Source of the DNA: Gemmatimonadota bacterium
GTDB taxonomy: Bacteria; Latescibacterota; UBA2968; UBA8231
Assembly (NCBI GenBank): GCA_038128265.1
Contig: JAYPJE010000029.1
Coordinates: 36,448 to 50,709 of the forward strand
Length of the DNA stretch: 14,262 nucleotides
Direction of reading: 5' to 3'
Part shown: piece by piece, positions 1 to 7,927 of the stretch
Position numbering within the stretch: position 1 is the stretch's first letter
Layout: the number at the start of each line of letters is the position of its first letter
The notes under the pieces: model-generated
The model's database searches: none
What the model was told of the DNA's origin: nothing
What the model saw: the letters and a program-made list of their open reading frames with translations, nothing else
Made by a program: the position numbers and the translations under genes

Positions 1-847
1 TTGGCTCGGCTGGCTCGCTTGGCTCAGTTGGCTCGCTTGGCTCGCTTGGCTCGGCTGGCTCGGCGCTGCCGGTAGATACGGCTTCCCGTTGGCCAAGGGC
101 GACGGACAAGCCGCAGAGGACCAGGCCATAGGAGAGTATCTTTAGTACGTGTGCGGCTCCAAACATCGCATCAAAGGGCTGCTGAGAGAGAGCCATAAAG
201 GCCGCTTGGGCACCGATACCCACAACGAGTGATAGCACTAGCCAGTACTCCAGCGCCGAGGTGCGCCAGCCGCCCGCGCGGACGTAGCCGAACAGGGCGA
301 GGGCGAAAAACAGCGCCGGGGCCAGTTCGCCCGGTCGGCTGAGCAAGGAGTCGTCGAGCTGGGCGGGCGGCAGGTCGAAAAACGTAAAAAAGAACACATT
401 GACTAGCGCCAGACCGGCGGCGCTGAGCAACGCAGTGCTCGAACTCGGGGCCCCAGCATCGGTCGATTGCGCAGCGCGCCTGAGCAATACGTAGATGACG
501 AAGAGATATTGAGCTAGGAAGAGGCGCGACGCCGACCAACTCCAATGGGACAGGGCTTCTAGGGTCGATGCGAAGTGCTGCGACGTTGCGAATACGTGGT
601 AGGCGTCGAGCAAGGCCGTGGCGAAAAAACCGAAGCCGAGAAAGAGCGAAACGGGGCTACCCTTTACGCGATTGTGCAAGAGTGCGAGCCCGGACACGGC
701 GAGGGCCAGGCACACAGCCGTCCACTCCATCAGCGCATGGCCGAAATCGTCTCCGAGCCATTGCACGGGATGCAGAGCTACCGATGCGATGACCAGCACA
801 ACGGCAGTCAATGCGCACAGGGTGAGACGAGGATGCGAAGTTGGCAT
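1..847 (-). CDS. MASE3-like multi-pass membrane sensor protein, 3' end truncated by the window edge (output domain not visible)
   Basis: Not in the ORF track because it has no stop in the window. Manual translation from ATG 847 is open for 282 codons: MPTSHPRLTLCALTAVVLVIASVALHPVQWLGDDFGHALMEWTAVCLALAVSGLALL...LFLGFGFFATALLDAYHVF...HWSWSASRLF...PFDAMFGAAHVLKILSYGLVLCGLSVALGQREAVSTGSAEPAEPSEP. It has about 7-8 hydrophobic segments, and the H-x3-E, LD-x2-H, W-x3-RL and H-x-LK-x2-SY motifs match my recollection of MASE3. Confidence 0.8.
   Translation of the reverse strand, partial: MPTSHPRLTLCALTAVVLVIASVALHPVQWLGDDFGHALMEWTAVCLALAVSGLALLHNRVKGSPVSLFLGFGFFATALLDAYHVFATSQHFASTLEALSHWSWSASRLFLAQYLFVIYVLLRRAAQSTDAGAPSSSTALLSAAGLALVNVFFFTFFDLPPAQLDDSLLSRPGELAPALFFALALFGYVRAGGWRTSALEYWLVLSLVVGIGAQAAFMALSQQPFDAMFGAAHVLKILSYGLVLCGLSVALGQREAVSTGSAEPAEPSEPSEPTEPSEPAEP
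2..64. repeat. 9-bp tandem repeat TGGCTC(GGC/GCT/AGT), 7 complete copies, probably continuing past the left edge
   Basis: Units start at 2, 11, 20, 29, 38, 47 and 56. On the minus strand they encode AEP-AEP-SEP-SEP-TEP-SEP-AEP in frame with the sensor CDS. Confidence 0.95.
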
Positions 848-962
848 TAAACCCAATGGGGAGAAAAGGTGTATAATAACGCCAGATGCGGAGAGGCCGT
901 ATGATGCACCGGGGATCTACCGCCCTACAATGACCGTCTAACATAATACAATGGGAGCTTGT

Positions 963-1910
963 ATGTCTAATAAAATAAAGGTCTCCACAATCGGTGCAAA
1001 GGCGAGAACGAACCACCCTGGCACGGGCAAAGCGGCCGTGGAAGGCATGCTGGCACACTGGGAAAATCGCTTTGCACAGGTATGGCCCGATCAGCCAGAC
1101 CTCGTCGTCGTACCCGAGTGCTGTGACCGCTATCCAGCCCACTCGACGGAGGAGCGCCTGGCGTACTATCGCTATCGCGGTGATAGCGTTCGCGACTTCT
1201 TTGCCGAAATGGCGCGCGCGCACCGCTGCTACATGGCCTATGCCGCCGTGCGCGAAATGGCCGATGGCAGCTGGCGAAACTCCGTGCAGCTACTCGATCG
1301 CCAGGGAGAAGTTGCCGGCACCTACAACAAGAACTTTCCCGTCATAACAGAGACGACGGAGGCCGGTATTCTCTGCGGAGCCGATGCGCCGCTCATAGAG
1401 TGCGACTTCGGCCGCGTTGGGGCTGCGATCTGCTTTGATCTGAACTTTGCCGAAATTCGCCAGCGCCACGTCGAAGCGCGTCCCGACCTGCTGCTTTTCC
1501 CCTCGATGTATCACGGTGGTATCATGCAGGGCTACTGGGCCTATGCCTGTCGAGCACACTTGGTTACGGCCGTCTGCGGTCTGCCCAGCGCCGTGCTGTC
1601 TCCGGTGGGGCACCAGGTCGCCAGCACGACCAACTACTTCGACTTTGTCACGGCTGAAATTAATCTCGATTGCGAGGTGGCGCATTTGGACTTCAACTGG
1701 GACAAACTGCGCGCGATGCGCGCGCGCTATGGGACGGCGGTCTCCGTTTTTGACCCCGGATATCTGGGTGCTGTGCTAATAAGCAGCGAGAGCGCAGAGC
1801 GCAGCTGCGCAGACTTGGTCGCCGAATTCGATATCGAACTGCTGGACGACTACATGGAGCGTTCAATGGGCCACAGGCGCAATCCCAAGCACGTAGAACG
1901 CGCCCTGTGA
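963..1910 (+). CDS. Carbon-nitrogen hydrolase (nitrilase/amidase superfamily), substrate unknown
   Basis: Catalytic triad motifs are present: PDLVVVPE (Glu), YNKNFP (Lys) and GAAICFDLNF (Cys). ATG 963 is preferred over 951 because GGGAG (953-957) precedes it. 315 aa. Confidence 0.9.
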   Translation: MSNKIKVSTIGAKARTNHPGTGKAAVEGMLAHWENRFAQVWPDQPDLVVVPECCDRYPAHSTEERLAYYRYRGDSVRDFFAEMARAHRCYMAYAAVREMADGSWRNSVQLLDRQGEVAGTYNKNFPVITETTEAGILCGADAPLIECDFGRVGAAICFDLNFAEIRQRHVEARPDLLLFPSMYHGGIMQGYWAYACRAHLVTAVCGLPSAVLSPVGHQVASTTNYFDFVTAEINLDCEVAHLDFNWDKLRAMRARYGTAVSVFDPGYLGAVLISSESAERSCADLVAEFDIELLDDYMERSMGHRRNPKHVERAL

Positions 1911-1937
1911 AGTACTTTCTGCGCGTTGGGTTAACGA

Positions 1938-1954
1938 GTGGTACGAGTACTGCT
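1938..1954 (+). promoter_or_regulatory. Putative sigma54 (-24/-12) promoter upstream of hpf/raiA
   Basis: gTGGtACGagtacTGCT versus consensus YTGGCACGnnnnTTGCW, with exact GG-N10-GC spacing, 45 nt upstream of ATG 2000. Confidence 0.5.
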
Positions 1955-1999
1955 GTTTGTTTTGGTGTGAATTACCCATCCTATCGAAAGGAGCAGGTG

Positions 2000-2287
2000 A
2001 TGCAGCCCAGAATTAGCATTCGTCGCGAAAAGGTATCGGAGGAAACAAAGAGCCATATCGCTCAGTCGTGCAGCAAGTTGGAAAAGTACTGCGATCGGAT
2101 CGTCGATTGCGAAGTGATCATCGATAAGGCCAAAAAAGGCTATATGGCCGAATTCATCGTCAAAGTGCCTCAGCAGACGCTAACGGCTACCGGTGCGGGC
2201 GACAATCTCTACAAGGCCCTGGCCGATGGGGGAGGCAAGCTAGAGGGACAGCTGAAGAAATACCACGATAAACAGGTCGCATACTGA
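2000..2287 (+). CDS. raiA: Ribosome hibernation factor, short HPF / RaiA family
   Basis: 95 aa with the family pattern: KLEKY-x-DRIVDCEVII, AEFIVKVP..TLTA, DNLYKAL, KLEGQLKKYHDK. AAGGAG Shine-Dalgarno precedes ATG 2000, so the GTG 1907 start in the track is not used. Confidence 0.85.
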   Translation: MQPRISIRREKVSEETKSHIAQSCSKLEKYCDRIVDCEVIIDKAKKGYMAEFIVKVPQQTLTATGAGDNLYKALADGGGKLEGQLKKYHDKQVAY

Positions 2288-2305
2288 GGAGTGCATCTGT
2301 TGAAC

Positions 2306-2341
2306 AGGCGCCGGACCAAGCAACGGGTCCGGCGCTTTTTT
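2306..2341 (+). terminator. Rho-independent terminator after hpf/raiA
   Basis: 10-bp perfect stem GCGCCGGACC (2308-2317) / GGTCCGGCGC (2326-2335), 8-nt loop, then TTTTTT. Confidence 0.9.
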
Positions 2342-2420
2342 GTGATGGGGAGTAGAATAGTGAGACATAGCGGTCTCATTTGGCGATGTGTCGAGACTCA
2401 AAAGTCCCTCGCGGAGTGAA

Positions 2421-2449
2421 TTGTATGTCTTGCCAATGCCCACTATATT
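2421..2449 (+). promoter_or_regulatory. Putative sigma70-type promoter of the pnt operon
   Basis: TTGTAT (2421-2426)-N17-TATATT (2444-2449), lying between the upstream terminator and ATG 2531. Confidence 0.5.
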
Positions 2450-2530
2450 AAGACCATTCGCGCAACGCTGACGAACGGTCGCACGGATCGGTTCGCGCAT
2501 CGCCACAACCCCTAGATCATACAATTGCCC

Positions 2531-3691
2531 ATGATTGTCGGTATTCCCAAAGAAACACATCCAGGCGAACACCGCGTCGCCTTAGTGCCTGAGGCCGCCG
2601 CCGGCTTGGTCGGCTTAGGGCTGGAGGTCATCGTAGAGAGCGGCGCCGGTGCGGCTGCCGGCTTTGTCGATAGCGCCTACGCAGAGCGCGGTGCCGCGCT
2701 GGTCGAAGGGCGCGCCGATCTATTTGCGCGGGCTGATGTCGTGCTACAGGTGCGCACGATGGGAGCCAGCCCTGAAGCAGGGCGCGCTGATCTCGAGCAC
2801 ATGCGCGAGGGACAAATTGTTATTGGCGCTGCCGAGCCGCTGGGCGATATAGCGCCGCTGCGCGACATGGCCCAGTGCGGCGTGACGCTCTTTGCCATGG
2901 AACTCATGCCGCGCATAACGCGCGCGCAGAGCATGGACATCCTCTCGTCGATGGCCACAATTGCCGGCTACAAGGCCGTGCTGCTGGCGGCCGAACACCT
3001 GCCGCGCATGTTTCCCTTGCTGATGACGGCGGCCGGCACCCTGACACCGGCGCGCGTGCTTATCGTTGGGGCCGGCGTGGCCGGCCTGCAGGCCATTGCT
3101 ACCGCGCGCCGCCTTGGCGCCACCGTGCAGGCCTACGACGTGCGCGCGGCGGTGAAAGAGCAGATAGAGAGCCTCGGTGCCAAGTTTGTCGAGTTGGATA
3201 TCGACGCCGGCGATTCGGAGGATGCGGGTGGCTATGCCAAGGCACAAGACGAATCGTTTTACGATCGACAGCGCGAGGAATTGGGCAAAGTTGTCGCCGA
3301 AAGCGACGTGGTGATAACAACGGCTGCCATTCCGGGCAAGCCTTCGCCGCTGCTGGTGACTGCCGAGGCGGTGCGCGCCATGGCGCCGGGTTCGGTTATC
3401 GTCGACTTGGCCGCCGAGCGGGGCGGCAACTGCGCGCTTAGCAAAGCCGGGGAAAAGGTAGTTGAAGGGGGCGTGCAGATCATCGCTCCGCTCAACCTGC
3501 CCGCCAGCGTTCCCTACCACGCCAGTCAAATGTATTCGCATAATATTACGACATTTCTCAAGCATTTGTACGACGCAGAAGAGGGCATCACATGCGATGT
3601 GGAAGATGAAATCACGGGCGCGACGCTGGTTGCTCGCGGCGGCGATATCGTACATCCACGCCTGCTCGAAAGCATCGCCAAGGAGGACTGA
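2531..3691 (+). CDS. pntAA: NAD(P)+ transhydrogenase subunit alpha-1 (domain I, NAD(H)-binding)
   Basis: MIVGIPKE..PGEHRVALVP, RITRAQSMDILSSMATIAGYKAV, Rossmann motif GAGVAGLQAIATA, GGYAK, DLAAERGGNC. 386 aa. The stop overlaps the next start (TGATG). Confidence 0.97.
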   Translation: MIVGIPKETHPGEHRVALVPEAAAGLVGLGLEVIVESGAGAAAGFVDSAYAERGAALVEGRADLFARADVVLQVRTMGASPEAGRADLEHMREGQIVIGAAEPLGDIAPLRDMAQCGVTLFAMELMPRITRAQSMDILSSMATIAGYKAVLLAAEHLPRMFPLLMTAAGTLTPARVLIVGAGVAGLQAIATARRLGATVQAYDVRAAVKEQIESLGAKFVELDIDAGDSEDAGGYAKAQDESFYDRQREELGKVVAESDVVITTAAIPGKPSPLLVTAEAVRAMAPGSVIVDLAAERGGNCALSKAGEKVVEGGVQIIAPLNLPASVPYHASQMYSHNITTFLKHLYDAEEGITCDVEDEITGATLVARGGDIVHPRLLESIAKED

Positions 3692-3972
3692 TGGAAGCGC
3701 TCGTCGCCGCATTGACGGTCTTTGTTCTGGCCGTTTTCATAGGGTTCGAAATCATCACCAAAATACCGCCGACCCTGCATACGCCGCTGATGTCGGGTTC
3801 CAACGCCATTTCGGGCATCACGCTGGTCGGCGCGTTGCTTTCGGCTGGTTCCGAGCACTCTCAGCTGGCCACCTGGCTGGGCGTAGCTGCGGTGGTATTT
3901 GCAACCGTTAATGCCGTGGGCGGCTTTATGGTCACGCACCGCATGTTGGGCATGTTTAAGAGGCGAGACTAG
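3691..3972 (+). CDS. pntAB: NAD(P)+ transhydrogenase subunit alpha-2 (membrane part)
   Basis: 93 aa, hydrophobic, with PPTLHTPLMSGSNAISG and NAVGGFMVTHRMLGMF. AGGAGG SD inside the end of pntAA. Confidence 0.97.
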   Translation: MEALVAALTVFVLAVFIGFEIITKIPPTLHTPLMSGSNAISGITLVGALLSAGSEHSQLATWLGVAAVVFATVNAVGGFMVTHRMLGMFKRRD

Positions 3973-3975
3973 ACC

Positions 3976-5361
3976 ATGCATTTGACGATGATCAACTTCG
4001 CCTACCTGGTGGCTTCAGTGCTTTTTATTCTCGGGCTGAAGGGACTGACGCACCCGCGCACGGCCGTGCGCGGCAACCTGCTTGGGGCACTGGCCATGCT
4101 GCTGGCCGTCGTCGCTACGCTGCTCGACCAGCGCGTGCTGACCTTCGAGTACATCTTCATCGGCATCCTAATCGGTTCGCTGATCGGCGCGCTGCTGGCC
4201 GTGCGCATACCGATGACCTCTATGCCCGAGTTGGTAGCCGTTTTCAACGGCTTTGGCGGCATTGCCTCAGTGCTGGTTGCGGGTGCAGCCCTGCTCGAAA
4301 CGGTTGGCGTGTCTGTGCCATCGGCCCAGTTTACCATCTCGACGTCGGCGTCTGGTATCATTGGTGCGGTGACGTTTTTCGGCAGCATAATCGCCTTCCT
4401 CAAGCTGTCCGAGCTCGTCAAAAAGAGCTGGGCGGGCGGTGCGGTAAAGGCGCTCAACGGGGTGCTGACCATCGCCTGCATTGCCGCCTCTGCATGGCTG
4501 GTGCTCGAGCCAGGGCGCATCGACGCCTATTGGGTCGCCGTTGCCATCGCCTCGCTGCTGGGGATCTTTCTCGTCGTGCCAATTGGCGGCGCCGATATGC
4601 CCGTCGTCATCGCCTTTCTCAACTCGTGCTCGGGTCTGGCTGCAGCGGCCACCGGCTTTGTCCTGGGCAACAACATTCTCATCATTGCCGGATCGCTGGT
4701 CGGTGCTTCCGGGCTGATCTTGACGCAGATCATGTGCAAGGCGATGAACCGCTCGCTGGGCAATGTGTTTTTCGCTGGAGTCGGCAACGAGGCCGCTGGG
4801 GTAGGCAGTGACGACGAGGTCTACGCCGGCAAGGTCAAATCGACTTCCCCCGAAGAAGTGGCCATGCTATTCGACACGGCCCGTCGCGTGGTCATCGTGC
4901 CGGGTTACGGCATGGCCGTGGCACAGGCCCAGCACGCCGTGCGCGATCTGTCCAACGAGCTGGAAGCGCGCGGCATAGAAGTAGAATACGCCATTCATCC
5001 GGTGGCCGGGCGCATGCCGGGGCATATGAACGTGCTGCTGGCCGAAGCCGAAGTGCCCTACGACAAATTGGTGGAGATGGATGCGATCAATCCGTCTTTT
5101 CAACAGACCGATGTCGTGCTGGTGATCGGTGCCAACGACGTGGTGAACCCGCTGGCGCGCCAGGCCGATTCGGGGCCGATTGCGGGCATGCCAATATTGG
5201 ACGTCGACAAAGCGCGCACGGTCGTGGTTATCAAGCGGTCCCTGAGTCCTGGCTTTGCCGGCATTCCCAACCCGCTCTTTGCCGCAGACAACGCGCTCAT
5301 GCTCTTCAAGAGCGCCAAGGAAGCCGTGCTCGATCTGGTTACCGCGGTGAAGGAAAACTAG
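3976..5361 (+). CDS. pntB: NAD(P)+ transhydrogenase subunit beta
   Basis: MTSMPELVAVFNGFGG, IGGADMPVVIAFLNS, MCKAMNRS, VPGYGMAVAQAQH, AIHPVAGRMPGHMNVLLAEA, GANDVVNP, KRS. 461 aa. Confidence 0.98.
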   Translation: MHLTMINFAYLVASVLFILGLKGLTHPRTAVRGNLLGALAMLLAVVATLLDQRVLTFEYIFIGILIGSLIGALLAVRIPMTSMPELVAVFNGFGGIASVLVAGAALLETVGVSVPSAQFTISTSASGIIGAVTFFGSIIAFLKLSELVKKSWAGGAVKALNGVLTIACIAASAWLVLEPGRIDAYWVAVAIASLLGIFLVVPIGGADMPVVIAFLNSCSGLAAAATGFVLGNNILIIAGSLVGASGLILTQIMCKAMNRSLGNVFFAGVGNEAAGVGSDDEVYAGKVKSTSPEEVAMLFDTARRVVIVPGYGMAVAQAQHAVRDLSNELEARGIEVEYAIHPVAGRMPGHMNVLLAEAEVPYDKLVEMDAINPSFQQTDVVLVIGANDVVNPLARQADSGPIAGMPILDVDKARTVVVIKRSLSPGFAGIPNPLFAADNALMLFKSAKEAVLDLVTAVKEN

Positions 5362-5444
5362 GGTTTGAGCCGAGCCTGCTCTCCGCAGGGCCATGCTGTG
5401 CGGCGCTGTTGCTCAGCGCGTGAACTCGTTTAGACGTAGCAGAC

Positions 5445-5473
5445 TTGACATATAGGAGACGTCCTATTAGCAT
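5445..5473 (+). promoter_or_regulatory. Putative sigma70 promoter of the secretin-lipoprotein unit, with a palindrome in the spacer
   Basis: Perfect TTGACA (5445-5450)-N17-TAGCAT (5468-5473). The spacer holds the inverted repeat ATAGGA-gacg-TCCTAT (5452-5467). Confidence 0.65.
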
Positions 5474-5500
5474 GGAGACGAGATCTTGCGAGGTGTGCTG

Positions 5501-7927
5501 ATGAATCGTCTTTCCGCTCTCTTAGTCGTTGTATTCTCCGCCGCTACATTTGCTCAGGAGACCGTCTTTTTTGCCGAATCGCCCCATGCTTCACTGGGGC
5601 GGACGAGGCAATTACTCGACGCGGCCGACCTGCGCGTGCTGATGCCGTTGGGCTATACATATACGGCCGAGCGCGGTGCGTTAGACGGGCGCATGGGGGT
5701 GGTGGAAAACCGCGTGTACGTGCGCACCGAGCGCACTGCAGCCGGCAGCCAGCAATACGCTATAGAGCTAGCCATTAGCCGCAGCGCCGGCGGCCAGTAC
5801 GAATTCGCCCTGCACGGGCACCGCGATAGCAGCGGTACGCAGTTGGTCAATCCCGATCTACCCGATGTGCACCGGCGCGTCAAATCGCTGCTCAAACAGG
5901 GAGGGTCGGCCCGCCGCACTCAGGTGGAGTTGGCCTACGAGATGTTTCGCCTCGGTCATATAGAAGCGGACCGCGCCTTAGGGCTGCTCAAGGCGCTCGG
6001 TTACCACACGATCGAATTCGAAGAGAAGTCGAGCAAGTCCGATCGCTACGAAAAAATCTTTGAGCTGGTGCAGGACAAAGGTGCCAAGCTGCCTTGGGTT
6101 ATCAAGGTGGCCAACGCCTCCAAAACTAGCCTGCTCGAAGACGACCCGCTGGGCAAGAGCAAGTCGTCGTCGTCTTCGCGCAAGAGCACGGATGGCGCCC
6201 CCCAGCTGGGCGGCTCTCACCTACACAATACGACGACGGGCGCGCCCGAAGAGCGCTTACTGCTAGTGTATGATCGCTACGACCCCGAGCCCTTAGAGGA
6301 GCTAGTCAACCTGCTACAAGTGCAGGTCGACGTGCCGGCACAGCAGATCGTCATTGAAGCGCTGGTCATTGAAGTCAATACCAGCAAGCTGCGGGATTTA
6401 GGCTTCGAGTGGAGCGGATCGAAGGGCTCTGGCCAGGGCTCTTTTGAGCGCTCGTCCGTTTCCGGTAAGCGACTGGGTACGTTCCTCTTTTCGCGCGACG
6501 GCTTCGGCGACTTTCTCGATTTTCGCACCTCTATTGAAGCGCTGGCTGAGCGCGGCGATGCCGAGGTGCTGTCGAGCCCTTCGGTGCTGGTGCTGAACGA
6601 CCGCCAGGCGCGCATTCAGGTCGGTCGCCAGATTCCCATCGTGCGCACGACGGCGACCACCTCGTCGGTGGCCAAGGGCATCGAGTACTTTCCCGTAGGT
6701 ATCGTCCTCAACCTGCGTCCGCGCATCGATCGAGAAAATACCCAGGTCACCATGCAGATCGAGACGATCATCAGCTCGATCTCTACCGAATCGGCGGCGC
6801 GGTTAGAAGCGGGCGCTGGGCAGGGCATCGAATTTTCGCCCATCGTCGATAACCGGCTGGTCGAGACCTATGTGCGCGTGGCCGACGGCACGCCCTTTAT
6901 CATCGGCGGCTTGCTGTCGACCGAGCAGCAGCAGACCAAGATCGGCATGCCCTTCTTTTCGAATATCCCCGTGCTGGGCCGGCTGGTTTCGCGCGAGCGC
7001 GTAGAAACCGAGCAGCGCGAAGTGATCGTGGTTATTACACCGCATATCGTGCCGCTCGAAGAGATGAGCTTCAGCTATTTGATTCCCAAGGACTCCGACC
7101 TCTTTGATCGCTTTGACACCAAGCTCTTTCGCAATGCCTATCGAGTGCGCGACGACGACGTGTGGGACCTGAAGTTTATCGCCCAGAGCCCGGTGCTTGA
7201 AAAGCTGGTGCAAACGGTGCGCGTGCAGGCGCAGGAAAACGTCATGCTCAAGCGCCAGCAGCCCTTCGAGGACGTGCTGGCCGGTCGCATTCCCGGTGAG
7301 GAAGTGCTGGTGCGGCGCATGCTGTACGAGATCGTCGGCAAGCTCGATTTTCACCAGGAGGTCAATCTCGACCAGGTGTTTTTCTTCACGCCCCCCGAAG
7401 ACAACCGGCACGGCGAGAGCTTTAGCGATGACCTAACGCTGCAGGACCTGCTGCCCAGGGCGATGGAAACGCCGGAAAATGCCGTTGTATTCAAGTACGA
7501 GGCGCATCCACAGCCAAAGGAAGGACAGGCATTTAGCCTGCCGTTAGCTGCGGTCGAAGAGGCGGTGTTGGAAGGCAAGAAAGACGACCTGCTCTGGGAT
7601 CTCAACGTCTACGACGACCGTGCACAGGCGGCGCAGTGGGCCATGGTACTGTCCGATGAGGAAGACGTCGAACGCCTGCGCAAAGTGCTTATTCTCAAGC
7701 GCGTGCTCGCGCTGAACAAAAACTTGGGCCACACGCTACAGGCCTTTCGCCCCGGCGTGCAAATCCTCTTTCCCACGCGCGAGGATATGCGCAACCGCTA
7801 CCACCTGATCGACCGCGAAGTGGCCCAGCTTTTCTACGAGACGAAGTATCCCTACCAGGTGGCGCAGCGCCAGCTCAACGAGGCCGTGCGCCGAGTGCAG
7901 GACGTGCTGGGAGAATGGCAGCCATGA
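5501..7927 (+). CDS. Outer-membrane secretin-family protein (GspD/PilQ-like C domain) with atypical N- and C-terminal regions
   Basis: Sec signal peptide MNRLSALLVVVFSAATFA. Secretin motifs at about 6330-7050: DVPAQQIVIEALVIEV..LGFEW, AEVLSSPSVLVLNDRQARIQVGRQIP, VGIVLNLRPRI, VRVADGTPFIIGGLL, GMPFFSNIPVLGRL, EVIVVITPHIV. GAGGTG SD before ATG 5501. 808 aa. Confidence 0.88.
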   Translation: MNRLSALLVVVFSAATFAQETVFFAESPHASLGRTRQLLDAADLRVLMPLGYTYTAERGALDGRMGVVENRVYVRTERTAAGSQQYAIELAISRSAGGQYEFALHGHRDSSGTQLVNPDLPDVHRRVKSLLKQGGSARRTQVELAYEMFRLGHIEADRALGLLKALGYHTIEFEEKSSKSDRYEKIFELVQDKGAKLPWVIKVANASKTSLLEDDPLGKSKSSSSSRKSTDGAPQLGGSHLHNTTTGAPEERLLLVYDRYDPEPLEELVNLLQVQVDVPAQQIVIEALVIEVNTSKLRDLGFEWSGSKGSGQGSFERSSVSGKRLGTFLFSRDGFGDFLDFRTSIEALAERGDAEVLSSPSVLVLNDRQARIQVGRQIPIVRTTATTSSVAKGIEYFPVGIVLNLRPRIDRENTQVTMQIETIISSISTESAARLEAGAGQGIEFSPIVDNRLVETYVRVADGTPFIIGGLLSTEQQQTKIGMPFFSNIPVLGRLVSRERVETEQREVIVVITPHIVPLEEMSFSYLIPKDSDLFDRFDTKLFRNAYRVRDDDVWDLKFIAQSPVLEKLVQTVRVQAQENVMLKRQQPFEDVLAGRIPGEEVLVRRMLYEIVGKLDFHQEVNLDQVFFFTPPEDNRHGESFSDDLTLQDLLPRAMETPENAVVFKYEAHPQPKEGQAFSLPLAAVEEAVLEGKKDDLLWDLNVYDDRAQAAQWAMVLSDEEDVERLRKVLILKRVLALNKNLGHTLQAFRPGVQILFPTREDMRNRYHLIDREVAQLFYETKYPYQVAQRQLNEAVRRVQDVLGEWQP

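Noticed and set aside
2..64. Tandem repeat as CRISPR array or iteron
   Set aside because: The 9-bp units are contiguous with no spacers, and variation is confined to one codon of an in-frame coding repeat.
171..941. Short ORFs 171-545 (-), 568-792, 575-850 and 618-941 (+)
   Set aside because: All overlap the much more convincing MASE3-like reading frame (847 to <1).
2340..2358. TTGTGA upstream of pnt as a Rex or CRP site
   Set aside because: No matching second half-site (TCACAA) at the required spacing.
5375..5419. Two small hairpins after pntB (CCTGC/GCAGG and GCGCTG/CAGCGC) as a terminator
   Set aside because: The stems are short and no U-tract follows. At most they are pause or stability elements.
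5501..7927. Secretin as filamentous prophage pIV or part of a mobile island
   Set aside because: No Zot-like ATPase, replication protein, small coat genes, integrase or att repeats, and composition looks similar to the flanking housekeeping genes.
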